A stretch of 64,000 nt of DNA from positions 124,001 to 188,000 of the forward strand of contig OZ287699.1 of the NCBI GenBank assembly GCA_965649825.1, in the 5' to 3' direction. A model generated the notes under the pieces. That model was not told the origin of the DNA and did not search any database. It saw only the letters and a program-made list of their open reading frames with translations. This document shows positions 26,301 to 35,987 of this stretch, in pieces. Positions within the stretch are counted from its first letter, which is position 1; each line of letters starts with the position of its first letter. Position numbers and translations under genes: made by a program. The stretch comes from Penicillus capitatus. Taxonomy: Eukaryota; Plantae; Chlorophyta.

Positions 26301-27746
26301 CAGGACATTGAACGCCTGTTGCACAGCGACGCCTCCGACGTCGGCCCGCACTTCTTCCGTGCGACCCAGTGGCTTTTGCATGGTCCCGTCTGCCAGGAGG
26401 AGATTACCTCGGATTGGTGTTGCAAAGCGAATGCGTTCGCGCTTTGCGAAGTTACTGTCGAGGATAGACTGGGTCGAGCCGGGGTCAATAATTACTTTGT
26501 TAGCAAACCGGCAGGCAACAAACACTTTGCAGCGGTTCCCTTCCTGGTTCCCTTGTCGAGCATGGGCCACTTGTTGCTCTGGTTCTGGTACTTGTCTTGG
26601 GGCGACTTCGGGCTCCATTTCTACGTCGACTTGTGGTGAGGGCGCAGAAGCCGAGGGTTGGTTTTCATCGGCCTTTTGCTTCCTTGGCTTTGGTGTGAAA
26701 CCGAACGCATCTCTCAGCGCCAGTATCACCTGCGAGTACACTTCACGTTTGCTGCGTCCTTTCAGGAAACGCAGCGGAATGGCCCATGCTTGCGCAGCAT
26801 AGTCCGCCCATTCACGGTAAAGTTCAGTTTTCTTGCGCGGCTTTCGCGCTTTCTTTCCTGGCGCGCCTCGGCGCCGTTTGCTGGGTTGGTTCTCTTCTTC
26901 GTCCGCCATCCTGGCGGCAGTCTCGCTGTCTTCGTCCTCAGACATCGACTCCACGAAGCGGGAAGCATTAGCTTCTGCGCGTCTTGCGCGTCGCTTCTCC
27001 TGCTTTTTTGCGAGCAGGCTTGTGAGTCCGGTTATGAGTTGGCGAAGTTCTTCGTCCTCTGAGTCATCCGCTGCCGGTTCCTCAGCAACGACGGTTGTCG
27101 TTTTTCGCCCTGTCTTCGCAAGGCGACGGGCTCCATGCTCCCTGAGGACCGTCTGGCGGTTTGAGTTTTCTGGTCTGGGTTCTGGTTCGTCTTCTTCTTC
27201 GTCGGTCTCCTCGTACCCTCGGACATTCTTGCGCGCCTCCGTCGCGTACTTCGCATAGCGAACGGCATACTCAAAGGTCGGCGCGTTGTTGCTTGCAGCA
27301 AGTCGAGTAAACGCGTACTCTGCCGCGCGGTCATTCTGGAGGCCTCTCAGCCAGTACTTGTAGTAATCGTCAGGGTCGATGGCAGGTTGAGCTCTAGAAC
27401 ACATCAAGGCGAGACGCTCAGCGTACGCCACCAAGGATTCTCGTCGCTTCTGAAAGACGTGTCGAAGCTGATCCCTGGCGCAGTCAGGGTCCTGGTCGCG
27501 CACAAAACGGTCAACCACCAGTCGACTCCACTCGTCCCACTCGATGTTCAGGTGGGCGTCGGCGTCGTGGTGGAGCTCGGCCCAATCGGCCGCCGGGCCA
27601 TCCAAGAGTGCAATCGCAATCTCGGCTCGCGTCCCGGGATTGTCATCCACCTGCTGCAAGCGGAAGAGGGTGGCCATCTTGTTGACCCATCGTCGCGGGT
27701 CACTGCGTCCGTCGTATCTGGGAAAGGGTATCGACTCGATGCGCAT
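23337..27746 (-). CDS. Single-ORF Gag-Pol polyprotein (1469 aa)
   Basis: Gag-like N-terminus, protease VIIDPGS, RT (LDGFSGY, FIDD), RNase H (DTDASAYGIGAVL, YSATEREGLA), integrase (HCLGH..CQTC, LDTV, LTDNG, GKVE). No chromodomain or CCHC knuckle seen. Confidence 0.97.
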   Translation of the reverse strand: MRIESIPFPRYDGRSDPRRWVNKMATLFRLQQVDDNPGTRAEIAIALLDGPAADWAELHHDADAHLNIEWDEWSRLVVDRFVRDQDPDCARDQLRHVFQKRRESLVAYAERLALMCSRAQPAIDPDDYYKYWLRGLQNDRAAEYAFTRLAASNNAPTFEYAVRYAKYATEARKNVRGYEETDEEEDEPEPRPENSNRQTVLREHGARRLAKTGRKTTTVVAEEPAADDSEDEELRQLITGLTSLLAKKQEKRRARRAEANASRFVESMSEDEDSETAARMADEEENQPSKRRRGAPGKKARKPRKKTELYREWADYAAQAWAIPLRFLKGRSKREVYSQVILALRDAFGFTPKPRKQKADENQPSASAPSPQVDVEMEPEVAPRQVPEPEQQVAHARQGNQEGNRCKVFVACRFANKVIIDPGSTQSILDSNFAKRERIRFATPIRGNLLLADGTMQKPLGRTEEVRADVGGVAVQQAFNVLNARNSYDVLLGMDWLRAVRAQANFEDGTYTIGLAKRITVLPEGRKIFTQPELVADDVSEVQSESDVEADLEEFLEQMRALCSEDDDSEEECFMALSDQVLDDIHISPDLKPEVISNVRSLIVENEDCFALTFQDMVRTPLMQFEIELRQGEIAKRCGRTRRLAPKEMEFVKAQIDELLEAKLILPWEEAARQYGCPKRKDRWLSPITIAPKKDGTFRFCCAYQRLNDATIPDKFVLPRADDLLDRVMGHAWYSALDGFSGYYSLGLHPDSVLKTAFATSFGVFCWLVLPFGVMNGPAAYSRLVEQVYGGLDRVGVFIDDVCCAHQSEAGIVEDLRRVFAHCRDGGLRLKPKKCFIGYREVDFLGHRLCPDGMRMDEAKVNKITKMPSPVDRKQLQSLYGMFSYYRRFLKNFASISAPLSSLLSTRQDFVWNAQAQSALEELKKLLVDGAVLAAVDENLPFLVDTDASAYGIGAVLSQEREGEERPIYFYSRLLKDAETRYSATEREGLALVVGLKKFRVYVLGRKVIARTDHAALSHMLRKTDLTGRIARWKLILSEYDVHYVTRPGERHRNADGLSRLVDEDSAPRPVNKEEDCDECPALVAEDVAAAFQACPEYAEALSTAHEPDSRYRWGERNLFYEDLDGRRKICLLPHQVRAVISEEHCLGHFSAEITLQRVRHRYWFPKMRKKVQDLVKTCQTCQLFGPKPPIRSTIPIAVEEPWELVELDTVVGLPATPRKAVGFVTAIDCFTGFVITDALTSLGAAKTLKFFINKVICAWGVPQRILTDNGTEFQGVFDQTVKGLRIEHRWSTPRYPRSHGKVENVQRLILDRLRKCPNPRSWDENLPVATFAVNARRGKFLSPLEPLSGVVPKSRTEVNLLAGESKGDAEPLQTALADRLTGLALGRERFRDSARKIRESWTAEATLPRIEPGKEVRVYRLEDHGKLEAAFEKGVVTWWGNQGACRVRVGDRAKRVPQFCVKPWIAPQ

Positions 27747-27798
27747 GGTCTGTCAAAACGAAAGAAAACGTTCGACAGTGCCCCGGAGGTCCACCAGT

Positions 27799-28137
27799 TG
27801 TCAGGGATCGATGTAACAATGTGTTCAGTAAGAGTCGAGTCCTTGCGCGTCGAGGCGATAGAAACACAATCAGATTCGATATGATACGAACAGGAGTTGT
27901 TACAAGGTGAATTGTCGACCTTATATACCCAAGGTGGTTATGGACTTCCTACCCTTACGTCCTAACAGCTGCGAACTCCTAGTGCATGCAGCATAACCAC
28001 ATCCCTTACGTTATGGGGAAGTTAGGTCGGGAGCCGAAATCCGTCGCGACCGATGGTCAGCGCGCCTGGATGGTTATGTGACGGCTCCACCGCTTCCGGT
28101 GGCTACACAGATGACAGTTAGAGGTTCATTTCCTACA
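27799..28137 (-). repeat. 5' LTR of the Gypsy element
   Basis: Followed on the minus strand by AC and then the PBS. Confidence 0.97.
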
Positions 28138-28285
28138 AGTTGTTTTTTCTGCAAACCTCCGGTTTTTATACCCCTATTTCATGACGCGTGCTTCACGTCA
28201 TGCTAACGTCACGACTGACGTCATTGGACGTCGTGTCGGCTATGATGCTATCCTCTCCTTCGCCTTCGCCTTCCTTGACAATAGT
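28138..28285 (-). promoter_or_regulatory. Promoter-like module copy A, upstream half (split by the Gypsy element; downstream half at 22820-22890)
   Basis: Reverse complement aligns with copy B; TATAAAAA at 28170-28163; alignment continues across the empty insertion site into 22890-22820. Confidence 0.75.
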
Positions 28286-30511
28286 TCTCGCAAAAAACCA
28301 TTGACCAACAAAAAAGCTTGTCTGGTCTGGCCCACCCCGCCTCAAAAATTGTAGCTGACTTAGAATGACCCTGTTCTGTTGTAAGAAACGCCCTCAGAGA
28401 AAAGACTTGTTTTGCTCACGTACTGTTCTCATAGCAGTATCTATCTGTTGCGAATAGAGACAATCTTCACAAGACTGCTTCTCAATATGCTTCTCAACGC
28501 CATGGAATCGCCTCCTGTTCTAGTGTTGTGTGTCCCTTTTACTGGCCGGGGCGGAGCAATTTGTTCCGCGTCTACTGTGTCACACGCGCACTACATCATT
28601 GAGGACGTTCTTGAGGTGTGTTATCGAGTCTAGTCTAGTGTTTGGCAAATCACGGTTATGAATCTGCTACTTTGTTGTTGTTCTGCTGCTTCCGTTAGCT
28701 TCGCATGCTAGCGGCACTGTGTAAATCTCGAATCTCGTTTATTAAACAGTGACATTTTATTATTAATAGAACTCTGACGGCAAATAAAAAGACCATTTTG
28801 GAAACATGAAACTCGATGGTTCATTCTATCTCCTGATTGGTCTTGACAAGAACTTGCAAAAAGGGTTTCGGCCTTGGCGGTTTCCAGTCACAGTTTCGTC
28901 GCCGGTCCCATAATGTGTCCTGTGCTATATTTTCGTCTAGAATAGGTTCACATCTTGAGACCGTTCGTCGAATTAAAGTAACTTGGCTCTTGACCATGTA
29001 TATCGATTCTCGACTGAAACAGAATTCTGTTTTGAATTTGACAATCACTGCGAACGGACCGATGAGAGGATTGTCTGTAATCCGTATTCAAGATTAAAAA
29101 ACGGATAGAATATAATGTTAAGAAGAATCCATTTCCTTCTTGGGAAAACTGGTTAAAAAACCGTGTCTCTTCTTCTATTGTTCTGATGGAATACGATGAG
29201 AACAATCTAGAAAAAATGAACATTAAAACGGACGCGCTGGATCACAGGATTGCAATTGCGATTTGTACGTTTCAGAAACGAACAGCCTACCGCGAACGCG
29301 CATTCCTTTACCCTTTCGAGCGAATTCTCACAGTACTATACCTTTCATTAATCTAGATTCTTCATCAAGGTATTCTGAAGGCAATCGACAGATTTAAAGG
29401 GCTTTGCCAGAGTCAAAGACCTCGTTCTATTCCAACAATGAATGCCGGGCGCGTGGTTTTTCGATTATGAACACAAACTCGCATTTATTTTGTGAGTTCG
29501 GCGATGACACCTGTGGTTTTCTGCAGCACTATGCGACGACGGGGCAGAATTGGCGCCGAAAAACAGGCCAAAATCGTCAGCACGGCAGCGGGATTACGCT
29601 TATAGTCGTCAGCAACGCAAAGCGACTCGATCGACACAATTCGCACGTGACACCGGAAGCTTTTAAACCCAAACTTGTCCCTAATGTTATTATTTTGTAT
29701 GCCTATTTGAAAAATCTCGCCTTGGGCCCATGAGGGAGCAAACACGCTTCGACGCCCAGAACGTCGCGTTACAATCGGTATTCTCAGAACAATCACAGGA
29801 AAAGTAATCCACACGGAGCGATGCGACTGTTCGGCTTCCTTTCTTTATTTTTTTTTGCTGAAAATCGCGTCTCGCCTTTCCCCCCTTTATTAATCTTGTT
29901 CGACAGTCGGGTTTCACACTATGTACTCCGTTCCTTTGCGTTTTTTCTCAGTTACGCACACTAAATTCATGTTTTCTGTCGCCTCGTGGCGATGTCTTGA
30001 TTTCATGCCGTCGCCGTACTGCGACGCCACATCTTCAGGCTTCCACCACATACTGCGTCTTCTTCTCAGCGCGTCAACTGACTGCCACGTTTTCCGCTCT
30101 TTTGCTGTAATTCAGGTTCATCGTTCAGGGTTACAGCATTCTTCGTCGCCTCGGACTTCCGGCTGAGAACTCGATGTTGCCTGCACCTCGCAGGTCGTTT
30201 GCAGCGCCAAACTCAACGTCGCCGCAACCCCAGCAACTATCGAATTTCTCCAGCTCATGAGATTTCTGGCCAGCGCCTAAGTGCCCGCAGATGACAGTGA
30301 CGTTTTTCCAACCATTCTGAGAATGCACGTCATCCGGATTCGAACCCTGGGCATCTGCCCAATCACGACTTCCACGTCCTACTGTAGACTTGCCTCTCAC
30401 CCTGCTTTGGTCACTTCGCGACCCGCTCTAGTGACACGAGCACTATCGAAGTTTGAAACAGATTTGAAACAGAACAAACTCTTCGTTACAGATGATGATG
30501 TTTGTTCGAAT

Positions 30512-31360
30512 TGTTGGATCAGGAAACGTCACTGTCGAATGACAGGACGTTTACCTATATAACGACGTACTGAGCACCTGTAAAGAATACCCGTCTGGAT
30601 CTCCTCGCACCGCGGCCTCTAAGCGCTCGGACCAATCGCCGACCCTATCGGTCCCAACAACTGGTTTCGGAGCAGGTCGCTCTTGGGGTCGCGTTTGAGA
30701 GCGTTGAAGGCGAGGGCCGCTGCAGAACCGTTTCGTCAGAGATCCGTCGACTGCCTCGGAAGTCGTGCGCCGTCGAGTTTAGCGAGTTTTACCCGTTCGA
30801 CCTAGTTTTCCGTGTCCGTATCCGTCGTTTGCATCGTGTCCGTGAAAGTTCTGACCGTTGTCCGTGAGAAGACGAAGCGCGAGGCGAGTGACAGTGCCTC
30901 GGAAGCGTAAGAGCCGAAGGCTGTGGATGGTGATTCCCACAGAGGGAGAAGCATGGGAGCGTTGAGGAGTGACGCACATGGCTCGACTCCTGGCCAGCTG
31001 GCGTTTCGAGTACCAAGTAGTGTCCGACGTAGAAGCCGAAAAGAACAGTTAGACGATCGACGCGCCGATTTCGACAGTTGATTCGGATCGAGGATTTCGT
31101 TTTAAGCGGAAAGAGTCGGGACCTAACACCATTGTATCCTATCCACTATTCTGTTGTTTTACGGACTGCGTCTCAAGAGAGACTGTCTGTTGTTTATTGA
31201 TGGGGGAGGGGTTGTTGGATCAGGAAACGTCACTGTCGAATGACAGGACGTTTACCTATATAACGACGTACTGAGCACCTGTAAAGAATACCCGTCTGGA
31301 TCTCCTCGCACCGCGGCCTCTAAGCGCTCGGACCAATCGCCGACCTTATCGGTCCTAACA
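30512..31360 (+). mobile_element. TRIM-like non-autonomous LTR retroelement (849 bp)
   Basis: 148-bp direct repeats TGTTGG...CCAACA (30512-30659) and TGTTGG...CTAACA (31213-31360), 2 mismatches; PBS-like TGGTTTCGGAGCAGG (30662-30676); PPT GGGGGAGGGG (31202-31211); 4-bp TSD GAAT; no internal ORF with recognisable domains. Confidence 0.92.
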
Positions 31361-31470
31361 GAATAATCCCCTTCTATATTGTTCTTTAGCATGACGTTAT
31401 GATTTCGTCATGCTTATTGCGATGATGTAACGTGCTCTTCTTTCCTACTCCCCACTTCGCCTTCAGGTCC
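31361..31470 (-). promoter_or_regulatory. Promoter-like module copy D, upstream half (split by the TRIM; downstream half at about 30440-30511)
   Basis: Minus strand reads gaaggcgaag..gcatgacg..aacgtcatg..TATAGAAGGGG (31378-31368). Beyond the TRIM, gaacaaacatcatcatctgtaa matches copy B gaacaagaattatcatctttaa. Confidence 0.55.
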
Positions 31471-32204
31471 ACGACACTATAACTATCTATTACCTGAACG
31501 ACATGAATCTATGGATGTAGATCTAATAAGTGTTGTGAAGATCGACTCCGGAGTCTGTTTCCGTCAACTCCGGAGTCGACTTCGGGTGTTCGGGTTGAGA
31601 GCTAGGAGGAGAAACTTCGCGGCAATAGATAATTACTAGACTAAGGGCGAGTACAACAACAGTTCTGTCCTTTAAGCGTTCAGAACCACCATGCTTCTTG
31701 TACATGGTTATGCGGACGCCGGCCTTATCCTCTTGTCTTCCTGCTGGCAAGGCACCACGCGTCCTTCGAGGCAGAGTGTCTCGATGCTCCGAGGCATTGG
31801 CCACCTGCTTCGGCGATCGTAAATACAGAGGGTCCCTTCATCCTCGGGCACTCTTCACAAGTATTTCCACGAAACTTGCCGTCAACGGCTTTTTGAAAAG
31901 AAGTCTATATGTCCAGTCCTTGCAAACAAAGTGGATTCGATTATTCTCAGTTACTTCTAGCAAGTAGTCTTATCAGCGCTAACCTGTGCCAGTTTTTGTC
32001 GGACTCTTGAAAAACGAGAGCAGAGGAGTTCTACTAAAATCGAGAAGCCGTATTGCGTGGAAGCAGCATTCGTGTCTGAACCGAATGAACGCTTATTTTG
32101 TATTCCTATACATTCATTCTTCTACTGTTAAGCTGAGAGAATTGCAGTTGCTGATGGGTAGCTGTAAGCTCTGGACTTCGACGTGACATCTGTAACGATA
32201 CTAG

Positions 32205-32412
32205 AAACTTTATCGCAACGGTGCGTGGACCGGCATTTCGGAAGTAGTGGACAACGACGTCAATGATCCATATGAAGCGGAAAATTACTCTGTGGTTGAT
32301 ATTTATGGCGCGAGAGCGCGAGTGGCGTCGCGTTCAGTTTTTGGCCAACCGTTCGTATCCGTTTGGCTTTTTCCTAAGCGTCTGTTCGTCCTTATCGAAC
32401 CGCAATTACACG
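32205..32412 (+). CDS. Probable internal exon of an unidentified spliced gene (possibly the 5' part of the 33.9-kb gene)
   Basis: Open frame KLYRNGAWTGISEVVDNDVNDPYEAENYSVVDIYGARARVASRSVFGQPF bounded by ...ctag| and |gtgacg...ttgcag; no family recognised. Confidence 0.3.
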
Positions 32413-33935
32413 GTGACGTACGTCTCTTCAACTTTGGCTTCTGTTGCAGCAAGCTCATTTATCCTTGATGTTAGATACCCATCCCCACGAAAATCCGACA
32501 CTCTCCTTTGAAGGGCTTCCAAACGCGGAAGCAGCAGAGCTCCGTCGGCATTCGATGATGTGCCCAGCAAGCAGTCTGGCAATCCAGTGCTCTTGACATT
32601 GATCTCCACTGCGGTACAATGGATTGAGCGTAGTCCGTCGGAGAAGCAGACCGTCACGTCGAGTGGCCATATGCCGCCTGTCGATGTTTTCTCGTTTTTA
32701 AACTTCGTTAAGGCACAAGCACCTGTTCAGAAGATAGATTGACGGGGATTCAACAGACTCTGGCGCGCCGCGAACGCGCCGACGCGTGTGCGGAAGTAAA
32801 GGAACTGCGCAGAGTCGAAGCTAAGACTGATTACATCGCGCGCCCAGTCAGCTTTATAGCCCTGGCGCCCGCGGACCGCTGTCATGTCAAGCAGCGGACA
32901 GCCTGTCCGGTCAGCGGGGTCGCAACCGTTATCGCGTACCCGTCACAGATCGAATGCGCACAGCGGAGGACACGATTTCGAGGATCCGATGCGACGATCG
33001 ACTCGAAGAGAAGACATTGTTGTGGTCTATCTCGACAGCTTTGCGGGCTGAGTCGAGACATCATTCGCCGAAGCGGACTGGGAGGATCCTCCCTGCCCCG
33101 AGTATCGGATCAAATGCTTCAAGTTAAAAGATGTTACTGTCTGGGACAAGCAATTCCATTGGACAACTCCTACGGCACTAAAGTAGAGGGATTGAAGATC
33201 TAAGATGCACTCGACTAAGATCAACGACACGGTGGGAAACTCCTCATCCTTCACACTTGCCAATTTCTGCGCAGAATATGCCAATGAGTACTCTTTGGGG
33301 ACATGAAGTCGGCGACATTCATCAAGCGATGCAGCTAGACATTGATAGAGGGATAGCATCGCAGTGGCCATGCTGATCGTTAGAAAGATGGAAGGCGGGG
33401 TCTTGGTATCGTTTGTGGAATTTCGCAAGGTCTTCTTCCGTGCCTTTTGCTGAGTCTAGCAGTTGCGGGACACATGATAGATGGATGCGACAAAAAAGAC
33501 ATGGCGATTCTTTTATCGTTTCCCAGCATGTCACCCCAGGCACCGCACCACCCTGCAAAGGAGGCTCACATCTAAGTGCATAAAGATTCGATTCTCTATC
33601 GATACAAATCGTACAAATCGCCTGGGATCTGAAGTTATGTCTGTCAGTATGAAAGATACAGACAGATCAATATTACGACAGGCATTGGCGACCAGAAGAC
33701 CGACGTGCATTTGGCATTGTCCTTATGAAGACAACCGAAGGAGAAACGAATGTCCTCTGTTATCTGTAAGGTGAATATTTCTCTGGTATCTTCTCCACGT
33801 TCACTCAGCCATCAAGCGAAATCGATCAGACAAAGCGATGTCTTGGAGAACACGTCACGTCATTGTAACGTGCGTGTCATGCGACGCTTTCTCTGCGCTT
33901 AATGTGTTTTCTTTAGAGATACGCACGTTCTTGAA

Positions 33936-35987
33936 GTGACGCTCAGAAGGACGAAAGCGGATCTGCATCGATCCGCCGACATTCCGAAGAGCATTTCGAC
34001 AGAGCATCGCTGTGAATACGAAGCGAGGAACGCGCTGGATTCCTTGTGCGTCTTCTTGACGGCGCGTTCGCGCATAGACCTGATCCGTCGCTGCGCGCCT
34101 GTCCACAAACATGTCTTCGCCGACGCTGTCTGTCTGATCCAGCGCCTCAATTCGCAGCAGCTTCGCGCATTGCCGCCACTTGGCACAACTCTCCGAATGA
34201 CCCTCACCGGATGCTGGACGTCTCGGGACCACCAGATAGCGCTCGTCCAATTCTCGGGCAAACACAGAAGGCTGCCATACACTGCACAAAGACCCTGTAT
34301 CCTCCTATCCGCACAGATGACTGTTCAGGACAAAGCGTTTGTGCTACCGATCGTTCAGGAAAGGGATGGGGATTTTGAAAATGAACATTTGAACATGCAA
34401 GGTGTGCTGGGAGCTTATGTCTATGACGATGCCGGTGCCATTGCGTGGAGAAAAGTCATCTGGCCATCACTCTTCCATCCAGAACGGAGCTTTGCGGAAC
34501 CATTGCTCTCAACAATAGATGTCGAGATCGTCTTCGGGAAGGACGAGAGGCCGATCACGCAGCTGAATATTTTCGACTTTGATGGGACGTTGATGAGCAG
34601 TCCGGATGAGTTCACTGGAAAGGCAGAGTATGCTGAGTCCACCGGTCGACCTTATCCGCATCTGGGGTGGTTTGGAAAACAGGAATCTCTCCTGCCTCCC
34701 ATTCGCGTTCTGCCAGGACCAGCCCTGCGTGACTATCACTCATTCTTTGGCAGAGATGGCTCATGGACCGTCATACTCACGGGTAGACTGGAGAGTACAC
34801 GCCCTGCGATGGAACAGGTGCTGCAAGGATACGGCATAACGTACGACGAGTTAATTTGCAAGACGTCGGCGGGAGACACCTGGGACTTCAAGATCTCCGT
34901 GGCGCTGCGGCTGCTTCGGTCCTTTAAGCATGTACGGAGGCTGCGCGTCTGGGAAGACAATGTCGAGAACTTGGTGAAGTTCTATGAACTGAGAGAGTCG
35001 TTGAAGGATAGCATCGATGTGGAGATCTATGAAGCGCCTACTTTTTCGCTTTCTAAGCTTTCGTCCCTCGATGCGTCGTTCTGGTGGGAAGATAGAACTT
35101 ACATGATCGGAATAGCTTCTTTTCTTGAAGCCATGGGGCGCTTTCCGGCTAATCAATACTGGATACACGCACAGAAAGGTCTTGAATTTCTAACAGCCAC
35201 GTGGAAAGGTGCGCTCCAGCAGGATGCCTCGATGGACGCATGGCACGTGGTAACTGGCGATTTTGCATTTGGACGAAGAGGCACGATCGACTTGTGGTTC
35301 AGAATTCCGAACATCGGGGTTTTGGATGATGCCACGCTACGCTTTGAACAGTTGCTGCAAGAAAAGGGCATCGCAATGCGCCAACAGGAAGGACGACTCG
35401 AGATCTCGCTCTGTTTCGCGACGTTTCCTCCAATTCACTACGCCATCCGCTTCATACAAACAGATTGCGACGTATTCGTTGAGCAGTCTTCTTCTGTCGA
35501 TATCGCTAGTCGACTTGCTGTCTCGGAAGATCTCCCGCTCGAAATTCGTACCGACATGCATGTCCAAGCAAGATGGCAAAGACAGACACGAGATTCCAGC
35601 GCGTCTCGTGATGCACACAGAGTCGCTTGCGAACTGCTTGAAGAACTCTGCCACGCCCAGGTCGGATCGAAAGGAGACAGTGCCCCCCATCGATACACGC
35701 TATTAATGAATTTGATTCTGAGTTTTGGAGAGTTGCTGCCGGAAGCGCATTTCTTCTCTGCTGATCGGTTTTGTGGCCAGTTGATGGAGTGGATGACCCA
35801 GATGTCGATCGATCAGCTCATGGAGCATGTCGTGGGGGACTGTCCGGCTGTTGAAGAATCCGACGATCTTCGTGGAGCACTGGATGGTCTTCAATGTCAA
35901 GTGGGATTCTTACTGAGCCATCAAGGATCACATGAAGGTCAAATTGAATGGACGTGCCTCTTCGACGCGTTTCAGCGTCGTCGTTGA
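33936..35987 (+). CDS. Swiss-Army-Knife RNA-repair-type protein: degenerate 2H-like segment, HAD phosphatase, poly(A)-polymerase-like fold; gene ends unresolved
   Basis: HAD motifs NIFDFDGTL, VILTGR, DFKIS, VWEDN plus the GWF..ESL segment typical of HAD_SAK domains; downstream VTGDFAFGRRGTIDLWF resembles a degenerate nucleotidyltransferase signature. Confidence 0.7.
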   Translation: MTLRRTKADLHRSADIPKSISTEHRCEYEARNALDSLCVFLTARSRIDLIRRCAPVHKHVFADAVCLIQRLNSQQLRALPPLGTTLRMTLTGCWTSRDHQIALVQFSGKHRRLPYTAQRPCILLSAQMTVQDKAFVLPIVQERDGDFENEHLNMQGVLGAYVYDDAGAIAWRKVIWPSLFHPERSFAEPLLSTIDVEIVFGKDERPITQLNIFDFDGTLMSSPDEFTGKAEYAESTGRPYPHLGWFGKQESLLPPIRVLPGPALRDYHSFFGRDGSWTVILTGRLESTRPAMEQVLQGYGITYDELICKTSAGDTWDFKISVALRLLRSFKHVRRLRVWEDNVENLVKFYELRESLKDSIDVEIYEAPTFSLSKLSSLDASFWWEDRTYMIGIASFLEAMGRFPANQYWIHAQKGLEFLTATWKGALQQDASMDAWHVVTGDFAFGRRGTIDLWFRIPNIGVLDDATLRFEQLLQEKGIAMRQQEGRLEISLCFATFPPIHYAIRFIQTDCDVFVEQSSSVDIASRLAVSEDLPLEIRTDMHVQARWQRQTRDSSASRDAHRVACELLEELCHAQVGSKGDSAPHRYTLLMNLILSFGELLPEAHFFSADRFCGQLMEWMTQMSIDQLMEHVVGDCPAVEESDDLRGALDGLQCQVGFLLSHQGSHEGQIEWTCLFDAFQRRR

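Larger units (their letters stand above)
22891..28137 (-). mobile_element. Full-length Ty3/Gypsy LTR retrotransposon (5,247 bp)
   Basis: 339-bp TG...CA LTRs at 22891-23229 and 27799-28137; 5-bp TSD AGTTG at 22886-22890 and 28138-28142; PBS TGGTGGACCTCCGGGG (27796-27781); purine tract GAGGAGGAG (23242-23234); PR-RT-RH-IN order. Confidence 0.98.

Noticed and set aside
23319-27884. Many 100-230 aa ORFs overlapping gag-pol on both strands
   Set aside because: No motifs; expected shadows of a GC-rich long ORF. No evidence for an env-like or antisense gene.
28290-30100. AT-rich stretch as a possible endogenous viral insert
   Set aside because: Only short ORFs and no viral hallmark motifs were recognised.
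31523-31804. Short minus-strand ORF with a hydrophobic stretch and two GACTCCGGAGTC-like palindromes
   Set aside because: Too short, no homology, and the palindromes are compatible with chance.
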